DNA of 64,000 bases, taken from positions 1 through 64,000 of the forward strand of contig NIVC01001275.1 of the NCBI GenBank assembly GCA_002269645.1. Reading direction: 5' to 3'. Source of the DNA: Macrostomum lignano (taxonomy: Eukaryota). A model generated the notes under the pieces. It did no database searches, was not told the DNA's origin, and worked only from the letters and a program-made list of their open reading frames with translations. Each line of letters opens with the position of its first letter. The first letter of the stretch is position 1. The translations under genes and the position numbers were made by a program. Below are positions 1-12,066 of the stretch, in pieces.

Positions 1-265
1 TAGTCAGTTGATGATTGACAGGTGAGCTAGTCAGTTGATGATTGATAGGTAGTCAGCTGATAATTGACAGGTGAGGTAGTCAGTTGATGATTGACAGGTG
101 AGCTAGTCAGTTGATGATTGACAGGTGAGCTAGTCAGCTGATGATTGATAGGTGAGGTAGTCAGTTGATGATTGGACAGTTGAGCTAGTCAGTTGATTAT
201 TGACAGTGAGCTAGTCAGCTGATGGTTGACAGATGAGCTAATCAGCTGATAATTGACAGGTGAGC
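1..265. repeat. ~27-bp tandem repeat (AGGTGAGCTAGTCAGTTGATGATTGAC), runs off window start
   Basis: About 10 degenerate copies visible directly. Confidence 0.9.
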
Positions 266-899
266 AAGGTGCTTGAAAATCTTTTGATAAAGAAAAATGC
301 AGCTGAAACCCTGACTGAACCCGCACACACAGACGGGCCAGACCTACCGACTGTCTATCACCAGGCCTCAGCCTGCAGCCAGAAAGGTGTTTATCTCAAA
401 GCACTTTGTCATAATAGAGGGTTTTGTTCTGCCCCCATTTAGTTAGCATATAAATAATGCGAACCCGTCTGCGGTGCTGTGATCCAGATAATATTTATTA
501 AGTGGCTTAATGCCTGTTCTACCTGAGCTGGCTTATCTGTCTCAACTGCTGTGAGCTGCTTTCATTTTCGTTTTTGCGGTTGTGTGAATTTACGTTATTA
601 AATATTATTTTCATTTCATTTTCACCAGCGGCAAATAATTATTTTCATTTGCCGCTGCATCTGTGCATTGTTGGCCTTTTTTCAGTGTATATCGATACTG
701 TCGTTATGTTGTGATCCTCATTGTTAGTAACGTAAATTTTAACACATTCTTTTGCTTTTGCTATTCTTTTTTATCCAATATGCATCTCAGAAAATTAGTT
801 AGTAATTCTGATCAGTTTGGAAAGTGGAGTTCTCACTCTGACCTTCGAATATTTTCGATTCAGCAATAATCAGCAACGTCCGAACCATCAACAGCAACG

Positions 900-1370
900 A
901 AACTCACTCCCTGCCCCTCCAAACCGCACTCCGACAGCCACCTCACTCCCTGCCCCTCCAAACCGCTCTCCGAAAGCCACCTCACTCCCTGCCCCTCCAA
1001 ACCGCTCTCCGACAGCCACCTCACTCCTGCCCCTCCAAACCGCACTCCGACAGCCACCTCACTCCCTGCCCTCCAAACCGCTCTCCGACAGCCACCTCAC
1101 CCCTGCCCCTCCAAACCGCTCTCCGACAGCCACCTCACTCCCTGCCCCTCCAAACCGCTCTCCGACAGCCACCTCACTCCCTGCCCTCCAAACCGCACTC
1201 GGACACCACCTCACTCCCTGCCCCTCCAAACCGCACTCGGACAACCACCTCACTCCCTGTCCCTCCAAACCGCACTCGGACAACCATCTCACTCCCTGCC
1301 CCTCCAAACCACACTCTGACAGTCACTTCACTCCTGCCCCTACTGCACACTCCGACAGCCACCCCCCCAC
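900..1370. repeat. ~39-bp C-rich minisatellite (CCGACAGCCACCTCACTCCCTGCCCCTCCAAACCGCACT)
   Basis: About 12 tandem copies; explains ORFs 817..1380, 860..1057 and 1059..1307. Confidence 0.9.
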
Positions 1371-1495
1371 TCTAAATTAATGCTCTAGATGGAAAAGGTA
1401 TATCCACTATATACTAAATTTTTTCCATCGTCTCATCTCTTCGATAGATACAACAGTAATAAATTGAATTTCTTACAACCTGCCCATTTCGCCAG

Positions 1496-2907
1496 CTCCC
1501 TCCCAGCCGGTCATTCTGAAAGGCGAGTGCAAGTCGGAGAACAACACTCTACAATCGCTTGGTCGGCTGGTCGCTCTGGCCCGACGCCCGAAGCTTTAGT
1601 CTGGAAATTGACGACGGAAGAGGTAGTGGATTCAAGGTGAGATACGCTTTGGAAGTTTAGAAGACGGAGAGGGGCTGATTCCAGGGGATTCCTATGGTTG
1701 GGGTTCGCTTATAGTCAGGAAAATCTTCAAAATCCACCACAGCGCTGCTACGCGGCCAGATTCGGCCTGCTGCGTGCAGTCGCTTCGATTTGACGCCGTC
1801 TACCAGGCCCGGGTTCGAGCTCACGGCCCTACAGGTGACTCAGCCTACAGCGACTTTGTCCGGCTGCGCACTGCCGCCCGGGCTAGCTTCCAGTTCTGCC
1901 CGGATGCCTCTCACCGCACCTGGTGTTCACCAACCGGCGGCTGCACCGCCACCGCCTCAGTCCTGGACGATCGGTCGCGCTCTGCTCGGCGGGGCTGTCC
2001 CGCGGCCAGCACTACTGGGAGTTTTCCGTGGACCGCTACGACGACAAAGGCGATCCGGCGTTCGGTGTTGCTAGGATCGACTGTCGCAAGGACGAGAAGC
2101 TCGGTGGGTCTTGGACAGCATCCTTTCTCTTCCCAGCCCGACGGAGTCATGTACATTGCAGGAAACACCAGTTATGCTTTTTAACTACTCTTATGCCCTT
2201 CACACTGCTACTACTGCACTGCACACTCCGACAGCCACCTCACTCCCTGCCCCCCCAGGTTCCATACCGCACACTCCGACAGCCACCTCACTCCCTGCCC
2301 CCCCCAGGTTCCAAACCGCACACTCCGACAGCCACCTCACTCCCTGCCCCCCCCAGGTTCCAAACAGCACACTCCGACAGCCACCTCACTCCCTGCTGCC
2401 CCCAGGTTCCAAACCGCACACTCCGACAGCCACCTCACTCCCTGCCCCAGGTTCCAAACCGCACACTCCGACAGCCACCTCACTCCCTGCCCCCTAAACT
2501 AAAAACTCCGACTTTTGCCTTCCTTTGTAATCTAAGCATACATGTACATCATACTCCCAATCAGTGTTAAAACTAACTACGCTGGTACGCTGTCCCCCCC
2601 TGGACAGCCGCGACCACAAAGCCTGGTGCATGTACATAGACTTCAAGCGCAGCTGGTTCCTACACAGCGGCGAACACTTCGAGCGCACTGACGGCGGAAT
2701 CGCACGCGGTGCGACCGTCGGCGTCCGTCTGGACTGCGACAGGGGCACGCTGAGCTACTATCTGAACGGGGCGCCGCACGGCCCAGTGGCTTTCACCAAC
2801 CTGACTGCACTCTCTACCCGGCCGTCAGCTCAGTCGCCACGCAGGTGACGCTCAACGCTGGCCTTGAGGTGCCGCACGACCTGTCTGAGGATGAAAGTGA
2901 CGAGTGA
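1496..2907 (+). CDS. TRIM9: TRIM9/TRIM67 (MADD-2)-type E3 ligase, C-terminal FN3 + SPRY/B30.2 exons (~1496-1636, ~1743-2104, ~2608-2907); several frameshifts; 5' exons not identified
   Basis: Translated pieces include [87 protein letters not shown] and [41 protein letters not shown]. They are collinear with the remembered TRIM9 C-terminus ([54 protein letters not shown]). Stop TGA at 2905-2907. Confidence 0.88.
2215..2495. repeat. Intronic minisatellite sharing the CACTCCGACAGCCACCTCACTCCCTGCCCC core with the 900-1370 array
   Basis: About 6 copies of a ~45-bp unit inside the last TRIM9 intron. Confidence 0.88.
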
Positions 2908-4434
2908 TAGGATTTCCCGATATCAAATTGTTAAGGCTTTTGCACAGTCTGCATGTGCAGCGCGGGGGTTCACCAATCAGAGATGAAAAATTGAACGGCT
3001 GACGGGATTGTTGTTGACGTCACTAAAACGGAAAAGTCATAAGATTTACTCGCTCCAAGTCTAGTTTAAATTAGGCTCAGTGCTTGTACGTTTTGAGTAA
3101 CCCAGAAGACAGACTGCTCATATCTGCCCATTATTTTCTATGGATTCTGTACAATTCAGTACCGTCACGTCTTCTGTTGCCTGTCATGTTACTGATTGCT
3201 GTTATAAATATTTTCATTGAGCTCTCGCCAAAATCTCCATAGACGACCGGAGCGATCAAAAAGGGGGATTTCGCTCCCAGTTGACAGACAGCAGTTGCGC
3301 TGCTGAATGTAAATACATTCAATGCACAATATATAATCACTTGCAATGAAATCCCTTCCCAGAAATGGGAATAAAATGCCTTTGTTTGTGTTTTATTCCT
3401 GCAGACCACCTACCTGTGCGCAGGCTGAGGGGAACGGGCAAGCTATATCGACGCGGTTACCTGGGAGGAAAATGAAATCGGGATAATCGGGGCCAGCATG
3501 GCAAAGGGGGTTATTGGGAGTATTTTATTACCTGGGCTATTCGCAATATCATCGCATTTTAGCCTTGGGTTGCTTGGCGACGAGGCCCATGCAGCAGCGC
3601 TGCGCCATCAATGCTTCATTGCTTGGGCACAGGAGAAAGCTGCATTGGAAGTGCAGAGACGCTGCATCAAGGCTGGCCCAATTTAAGGTAGAAGCTGATC
3701 GACAGAAAAAGCTACCGCGCTCTGTATGAATGCACAGAGATTAGACAGTCAGGGCCGGTGTACACTCTTGGTGCGCTTGTATTGTGCTTGTGTCAGCGGA
3801 ATTGGCACAATTGCCTCAGCGCAGGTTTTTTGGGATGATATCGCCGAAGTTCTAAAGTTCCCATATGCATGCAAGTTTAGTTGCATAAATAATTCCAAGT
3901 GTTGTTATGCATCAGATCAAAATTTAGGTCAAGCTAACCACAGAACGTGAAGCTCACACGAGCGATAGTCACTGAATGGAGAATTGGGAGCTCGGCGGCG
4001 GCTTTTTCCGATGCAAATTTCATTTGGATGACTCAGTGTCCGGGACTCAGCACGCTGCGCACATGACTTGCGCAATCCGGGCGGATCATCCCGTCAGACA
4101 TTCGGCTTGCGTGAATGGAGATTTGAACTCGAGTTATCCTCAACAGCCTGTATCCTCAACAGACTATCGTTTTACCAACGATTAGCTATGGTTTGCCCCC
4201 GAGAATTATCCCCCATGTGTACAATGACGTGAGCAGCTATACAGCAAGCTTTGCGACTCAAAGTAATGTTTTGTAGATTTTTTAGATTGCAAAATTAATT
4301 GTGGTAGAGCTTTGGGAAGATAACTATTTTATTATCTTACAAGCTACTTGCAGTAGCAAGTAGTGTCTTTTGATTCTGTTATAATAGCTCAGATGAAACC
4401 TATTGCTAGCGAGATGCAGTTCGAATTTACTGCG

Positions 4435-5215
4435 GATGGGAAGGGAGCCGATGGGATGGGAAGGGAGCCGATGGGATGGGAAGGGAGCCGATGGGATGGA
4501 AAGGGAGCGGATGGGATGGGAAGGGAGCCGATGGGATGGGAAGGGAGCCGATGGATGGGAAGGGAGCCGATGGGATAGAAAGGGAGCGGATGGGATGGGA
4601 AGGGAGCCGATGGGATGGGAAGGGAGCGGATGGGATGGGAGAGAGAGCGGATGGGATAGAAAGGGAGCGGATGGGATGGGAAGGGAGCCGATGGGATAGA
4701 AAGGGAGCGGATGGATGAAAAGGGAGCGGATGGGATGGGAAGGGAGCGGATGGGATGGGAAGGGAGCCGATGGGATAGAAAGGGAGCGGATGGGATGAAA
4801 AGGGAGCGGATGGGATGGGATGGAGCCGATGGGATGGAATGGAGCCGATGGGATGGGAAGGGAGCGGATGGGATAGAAAGGAGTGGATGGGGTGGAATGG
4901 AACCGATGGATGGGAAGGGAGCGGATAGGATGGGAAGGGAGTGGATGGGATGGAATGGAGATGTGAAGGGAGCGGATGGGATGGGAAGGGAGCCAATGGG
5001 ATTGGATGGAGCCGATGGGATGGGAAGGGAGCGCGATGGGATGGAAAGGGAGCGGATGGGATGGTGGGGGCGGTGGGAGCGGATGGATGGTGGGAGCGGG
5101 TGGGATGGTGGAGCGGGTGGGATGGTGGGAGCGGGTGGGGTGGTGGGAGCGGGTGGGATGGTGGGAGCGGATGGGATGGTGGGAGCGGGTGGGATGGTGG
5201 GAGCGGATGGAATGG
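4435..5215. repeat. G/A-rich degenerate minisatellite (GATGG / GGGAAGGGAGCC units)
   Basis: Visible periodicity; source of the overlapping low-complexity ORFs between 4363 and 5272. Confidence 0.9.
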
Positions 5216-5978
5216 ATTGAAGGCCCAAGAGTTGCTCAACTCAAACAGCCGAACTCCCTAAAATGTTGGTGAACCAGCTGAGAGGCAGGAGAAAAAGGCC
5301 ACGCTAGTACAAAAAATACCGGTACATGTAACTAATTCTGTTCTATCAGTGTGTCGGTGTTTAACTTTGGTCAAGGCAGTGGGATTTAGTCCCAAACCAA
5401 ACGATTGATCTGCTGGACAGCGTTGCCTGGGGCAACCAACTTCCCGAGTGCAGCTGCAGAGTAATTTTTGTGAACTCATAATCGGTGAGCCATGGGCACA
5501 AAGCGTAGAGTGTTTGACTTTATTAGCAAACATAGCTGGTAGTTGGGTAGCTGCAGCAGAGCCTCTCAGTGCTGGCAATTAGTCAGTCAGTGCGGCGGCC
5601 CAGTTCGCCACACGATACTGTACGATCCACTGATTCCACTCTGTTGCGGAGCACGCATACACTTTATGCAAGTATCGCGTTTTCTTTCTAAATAAAACAG
5701 AAATTGTTTTAAGCTGAAGCTATGCAAACAAAGAAACGCTGTCTGGTTTTTTTGTGTTTTTTTGGGGGGGGATTATTTTTCCTGGGGAAATTAATTTGCT
5801 AATTTACGTTTTTCTGTACGCCCTCGCCTCCGGTCTTCCAATTGGCGACTGGGAGAATCTCCTTCCCTGTCCTTCCTTCCTTCCTTTACTGACCAGAGAG
5901 CAGCCTTGCTATATGTAAGCATCCGGCCTACTGCAGGGGAGCCAACTCAGGCCATTTGGCGTTTTCGACAGCTCGACA

Positions 5979-8271
5979 ATGCAGCCGTCCAGCCCAGGCA
6001 AGTCGCGCCAGTCGCGCCTGGACCTGCTGTACCTGGCCGCTGAGGAGACAACAGCTCACGGACTCAGCCGCACAGTGGGCAACCGGCACCCTGTGGTTCG
6101 GGTGCTCTGGGGCCTGGCCTTCCTCTGCATGCTGGGCGTCTTTCTCAAGCAATTCGTGGACTCCTGCAACCGCCTCTACTCAAGCCGGTGTCAACCTCAA
6201 TCGAGCCGAACACTGTGGATTTCCAGTTCCCGGATGTGCACATCTGCTCCGTGCCCATTGTGTCGGCCAGTTACGCCTCGCTGATGAGCCCGGCAGATCT
6301 GAATTTCACTGTCGAGCTCATGAAGCAGATTGAAAACCGGCTGAAGGCCGCCAATCTCCCAGTGCTGTACCTCGCGTCAGCTGTTCACCGGCAGCCTGCC
6401 GTACAACTTTCTGAGCAGAAACTTCGGCACTCGCAAGGAGCAGTCGGTCATCGGGGCGCTGGTGATGCCAGTGAACACGAATCTGCACTGTGTTGACATT
6501 ATCGACCTGCGGCATCACAAGTACCTGAACTGCTTCACCATGCGGCTGAGGGATCCTTCACTGCACAGCCTGCTGAACAATGTACTGGCTACCTGGATCT
6601 CAACCTGTACGCCGATGCCAGCTTCAACCAGAGCGAGATTCTGCGCTACTTCAACAACATCATGGACGTCCGCGACTAAACTTTGACGTCTACGAGGCCC
6701 TGATAGGCTCCGGGTTTCGCATATTTTTCACTCCGCGGGGCTACTACCCAGACGATTACAGCCGTCAGTGACTGTGAGCCCGGGATTCCAGCATCGGATC
6801 AGTCTGAGCATGCTCTACACAGAGTTGACTCCGGACAAGGGCCAGTGCGTTCGCGACAGTCCAGATGTTGTGTACCTGGACCAGTTCACCGGACAGCCCG
6901 TCACTTACCACTACGATCTGTCTTGTACGTGTGCAGAGTCACATTGGTGTCTCAAGTCAAGCAAATCGTTAGGAGTTTTATTTGGAATTTGGAATTTTGG
7001 CTTTACAGTTTTGGTACGGATTGGTCACTGTGGGATTCAGAGTTTGGTACGGATTGGCACTGGTATTCAGAGTTTGGTACGGATTGGACACTGGGATTCA
7101 GAGTTTGGTACGGATTGGCACTGGTATTCAGAGTTTGGTACGGATTGGACACTGGGATTCAGAGTTTGGTACGGATTGGACACTAGGATTCAGAGTTTGG
7201 TACGGATTGGACACTGGGATTCAGAGTTTGGTACGGATTGGTCACTGTGGGATTCAGAGTTTGGTACGGATTGGTCACTGGGATTCAGAGTTTGGTACGG
7301 ATTGGTCACTGGGATTCAGAGTTTGGTACGGATTGGACACTGGGATTCAGAGTTTGGTACGGATTGGTCACTGGTATTCAGAGTTTGGTACGGATTGGAC
7401 ACTGGTATTCAGAGTTTGGTACGGATTGGACACTAGGATTCAGAGTTAGGTACGGATTGGTCACTGATATTCACTTTAATTTTCGCTTTCACGCAGCTTG
7501 CTACGCCCAGTTTATGAACGAGATGTTCAAGAATGAATTTGGCTGCTTCCTGCCGGCTACTCGCCCATCCTGTACGAACACCGGGACTGCGCTTGTGCAG
7601 CAACCTGGCCTACATTGACTCCAACGCCACCGGTCAGTCAAGGAGTGGAAAGCTGAATTTCCTCTACGGCTTCACAACGGCACCTTCACGGAGCAGCTGG
7701 TTGGCAGCATGCACAAGATGATGGAGCGCTGCGGCAGAGCAGTCCTGCCAGGAGGCCAAGTACGTGTCCAGCCTGAGCTCTATTCGATTCCCGCTGAGTC
7801 AGGCCGTCAACAATGAGCTGATCAACACTTTCCGTACGCTGAACGGCCACCGAATCGCGAACAACTACTCCATCCCCGGCCGGATGTGGATGCAGCGCCT
7901 GTTTGAGTCTGGCGTCAATTCCACAGCGTCCAGCGCCACTTCGCTTGAGTACGTGCAGGCGGTGGAGGAGAACATTGTCCGGGTGCAGATCCACGCGGGG
8001 CGAGCTCACGTCCACCTTGTACAGGCAGCAGATATCCTACCTGCCCAGCGACCTGTTAGCCGGAGTTGGCGGTCTCATGGGTCTCTACATGGGCTGCAGT
8101 GTGCTCACCCTGATGGAGCTTCTCGAACTGCTAGCCGTGCTCATCTACGGGCGTCGTCTTGTCGCCGAACCGTCAGCCGTGACCGATCAGAGTCAGCAGC
8201 AGTCGCAGCAGCAGCTCAGTGGGCAGTCGGGCAGTAAAAGCGACCGTAAGATTGAGCTGGTCACCTTTTAA
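5979..8271 (+). CDS. DEG/ENaC (amiloride-sensitive) channel subunit 1; join(5979..6924,7497..8271); at least 5 frameshifts
   Basis: N-terminal TTAHG motif, then TM1 VLWGLAFLCMLGVFL, FQFPDVHICS, YLNCFT, GFRIF and VSPGF, a Cys-rich thumb, and TM2 LLAGVGGLMGLYMGCSVLTLMELLE with a GxS filter. The GT..AG intron 6925-7496 joins in phase (YDLS|SCYAQF). Confidence 0.9.
7000..7465. repeat. 31-bp intronic minisatellite (GAGTTTGGTACGGATTGGACACTGGGATTCA)
   Basis: About 15 copies filling most of the ENaC-1 intron. Confidence 0.92.
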
Positions 8272-8580
8272 CTACCAGAAGCGAGCAAGAATGCAAGCTC
8301 AAACGCTCTTTGATTTTTTTTTCAAAACAGAAAATTTAAGCATTGAGAAAGTAGAAATTCAGGTCTTACCAAAGGAATTGTTCAATAAAGTTTTGTCGCA
8401 CAAATCAGGCTTTGAAGCTACTTAGTAAGTAGATATTGAAGCACAGGACTTTTGACTGTTAAGTTATCAGTAATGCCATTAGCAGGGCGGAATTCAGTGG
8501 TAAACTTTTTGTTTTTTTGCATTCAATATTGACCGTTTCTATGTTTAACTTGTAGTCTAAATTTTCGATTCTTTACTTAG

Positions 8581-9900
8581 CTGTGTTTCACTCTACTCTG
8601 CTCTGTTTTACTCTGTTCCACTCTACTCTACTCTGTTCAACTCTACTCTGTTCCACTCTACTCTACTCTTTTCAACTCTACTCTACTCTGTTCCACTCTA
8701 CTCTACTCTGTTTCACTCTACTCTGTTCCACTCTACTTACTCTTTTCAACTCTACTCTACTCTGTTCCACTCTACTCTACTCTGTTCCACTCTACTCTAC
8801 TCTTTTCAACTCTACTCTACTCTGTTCTACTCTACTCTGTTCCACTCTACTCTACTCTTTCAACTCTACTCTACTCTGTTCCACTCTACTCTACTCTGTT
8901 TCACTCTACTCTGTTCCACTCTACTCTACTCTTTTCAACTCTACTCTACTCTGTTCCACTCTACTCTACTCTGTTCCACTCTACTCTTCTTTTCAACTCT
9001 ACTCTACTCTGTTCTACTCTACTCTACTCTGTTCCACTCTACTCTACTCTGTTTCACTCTGTTCACTCTCTACTTTACTCTGTTTCACTCTGTTCCACTC
9101 TACTTTACTCTGTTCCACTCTACTCTACTCTGTTCTACTCTACTCTGTTCCACTCTACTCTACTCTGTTTCACTCTGTTCCAGTCTACTCTACTCTGTTC
9201 AACTCTACTCTGTTCACTCTACTCTACTCTGTTCCACTCTATTCTACTCTATTCTACTCTACTCTACTCTGTTTCACTCTACTCTGTTCCACTCTACTCT
9301 ACTCTTTTCAACTCTACTCTCTACTGTTCCACTCTACTCTACTCTGTTTCACTCTACTCTGTTCCACTCTACTCTACTCTTTTCAACTCTACTCTACTCT
9401 GTTCTACTCTACTCTACTCTGTTCCACTCTACTCTACTCTTTTCAACTCTACTCTACTCTGTTCTACTCTACTCTACTCTGTTCCACTCTACTCTACTGT
9501 TTCACTCTGTTCCACTCTACTTTACTCTGTTTCACTCTGTTCCACTCTACTTTACTCTGTTCCACTCTACTCCACTCTGTTCTACTCTACTCTGTTCCAC
9601 TCTACTCTACTCTGTTTCACTCTGTTCCAGTCTACTCTACTCTGTTCAACTCTACTCTGTTCCACTCTACTCTACTCTGTTCCACTCTATTCTACTCTAT
9701 TCTACTCTAGTCTACTCTAGTCTACTCTACTCTGTTCCACTCTACTTTACTCTGTTCCACTCTACTCCACTCTGTTCAACTCTACTCTGTTCCACTCTAC
9801 TCTACTTTGTTCCACTCTACTCTACTCTGTTCCACTCTACTCTACTCTACTCTACTCTGTTCTACTCTGTTATACTATGCTATACTCTACTCTACTTTAA
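8581..9900 (+). repeat. (ACTCT)n-based degenerate satellite; left arm of an inverted pair
   Basis: CTCTA/CTCTG/TTCCA pentamer variants over ~1.3 kb. Confidence 0.92.
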
Positions 9901-10126
9901 TCTACTCCACTTAGCACATGCTTAAACGAAGACGGGCAGAAAAAAGTGTGTTTTTTTCTAATAGTTCGTTTGTTATAGTTTCACTCGTGGCATAAAATGT
10001 TGACACAGTCCAATGTGAGTACTGTGGACTTTTCCTCGTAAAGCAAAACAAATATTTTAAATTTGTAATTCTGGCAATGACTGCTCTTGCAAGCTTTTCT
10101 TGCTGATCGCTTAAGTACTGAATAAA

Positions 10127-10610
10127 ATATTGACTAAATAAACGTAATTGACTAAATGACTAAATAAACGTAATTGACTAAATGACTAAATAAACGTAAT
10201 TGACTAAATGACTAAATAAACGTAATTGACTAAATGACTAAATAAACGTAATTGACTAAATGACTAAATAAACGTAATTGACTAAATGACTAAATAAACG
10301 TAATTGACTAAATGACTAAATAAACGTAATTGACTAAATGACTAAATAAACGTAATTGACTAAATGACTAAATAAACGTAATTGACTAAATGACTAAATA
10401 AACGTAATTGACTAAATGACTAAATAACGTAATTGACTAAATGACTAAATAAACGTAATTGACTAAATGACTAAATAAACGTAATTGACTAAATGACTAA
10501 ATAAACGTAATTGACTAAATGACTAAATAAACGTAATTGACTAAATGACTAAATAAACGTAATTGACTAAATGACTAAATAAACGTAATTGACTAAATGA
10601 CTAAATAAAC
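10127..10610. repeat. Near-perfect 26-bp tandem repeat (TAAATAAACGTAATTGACTAAATGAC)
   Basis: About 18 copies, one carrying a 1-bp deletion. Confidence 0.95.
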
Positions 10611-10724
10611 ATAAAAGCCTTAAAACAGTATCAGATGTTACTGGATCTTACTGGATTATATGACAGATAGTAAAACTGTGTAGAGAACAACGTAGAACTT
10701 AGTAGACACGCGTAGAACAGGGCA

Positions 10725-11225
10725 GAACAGAGTAGAGTAGACTAGAGTAGACTAGAGTAGAATAGAGTAGAATAGAGTAGAACAGAGTAGAGTAGACTAG
10801 AGTAGAATAGAGTAGAACAGAGTAGAGTAGACTAGAGTAGACTAGAGTAGAATAGAGTAGAATAGAGTAGAACAGAGTAGAGTAGACTAGAGTAGACTAG
10901 AGTAGAATAGAGTAGAATAGAGTAGAACAGAGTAGAGTAGACTAGAGTAGACTAGAGTATAATAGAGTAGAATAGAGTAGAACAGAGTAGAGTAGACTAG
11001 AGTAGAATAGAGTAGAACAGAGTAGAGTAGACTAGAGTAGAATAGAGTAGAATAGAGTAGAACAGAGTAGAGTAGACTAGAGTAGAATAGAGTAGAATAG
11101 AGTAGAACAGAGTAGAGTAGACTAGAGTAGAATAGAGTAGAATGTTACGGAGTAGAAAAGCGTAGAACTGTGAAGAATAGAATAGAGTAGAACAGAATTC
11201 AGAGTAATATAGCAGTAAAACACAG
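10725..11225 (-). repeat. (AGAGT)n-based satellite; right arm, reverse complement of the 8581-9900 array type
   Basis: Unit GAACAGAGTAGAGTAGACTAGAGTAGACTAGAGTAGAATAGAGTAGAATAGAGTA is the reverse complement of ~9686-9737. Confidence 0.9.
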
Positions 11226-11396
11226 ATTAGTTCCCGACTGGACTGATTAGTCACTGCCAGCGCAAATCCATGTGCAAACACTCCTGACAGGACTTCCTTG
11301 ATGAGGTAATTGGATTACGAATAAGCGTTAAGCGATGAATTGGCGATCATATTGCTGGTCTGCTGATTGCCTGAGCGGAACGCTGCACAAATCTAT

Positions 11397-11572
11397 GCCT
11401 GCTCCGTGAATCTATGCCTGCTCCGTGAATCTATGCCTGCTCCGTGAATCTATGCCTGCTCCGTGAATCTATGCCTGCTCCGTGAATATATGCCTGCTCC
11501 GTGAATCTATGCCTGCTCCGTGAATCTATGCCTGCTCCGTGAATCTATGCCTGCTCCGTGAATCTATGCCTA
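11397..11572. repeat. 19-bp tandem repeat (ATCTATGCCTGCTCCGTGA)
   Basis: About 9 near-identical copies. Confidence 0.92.
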
Positions 11573-12066
11573 CTCCACACTTCGCACTAAGTGAATCTAC
11601 ATTCTACACGTATGCCATTCCAGCTCAAAATTCTACTCGAATTGTTATTATCGTTGACAGAAATCTGTGGAACAGCCGAGTACTGAACACAGTCCGCACT
11701 TCCCTCCCCTCTCCCCTCGCTCTCCACTGCTGAAGTTACCCAACAGTCAGAGCACAGCCGAGTCCTTAGCACTAATCCCCAGCAGTTCGCCAGCTGTTGC
11801 ACCAGGGTTCGCAGCGGCAGGCAGCTCACAGCTTTGCCAAACTTGGAAGGCAAAAATTGTTCTGTCCCTTGAAGAGGCAGCCAGCACAGAGGGGAAAAAT
11901 AGGCTAGTGGACGATACGCAGATCCCCAAGCCAACAAGTCAGAACCCAACTCTCTGCCAAAGCGTTTTTAGTCCTGGCGACAACTGGCCTCCTACTGATC
12001 GTTAAACCCGCGCTCTCTCTCTGTTACACTTCCAATTCGACTCGCTAACTAAATTATCGAACAAGA

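Noticed and set aside
860-900. Possible upstream TRIM9 COS-box exon (FDSAIISNVRTINSNE)
   Set aside because: Similarity is too weak and splice boundaries could not be established.
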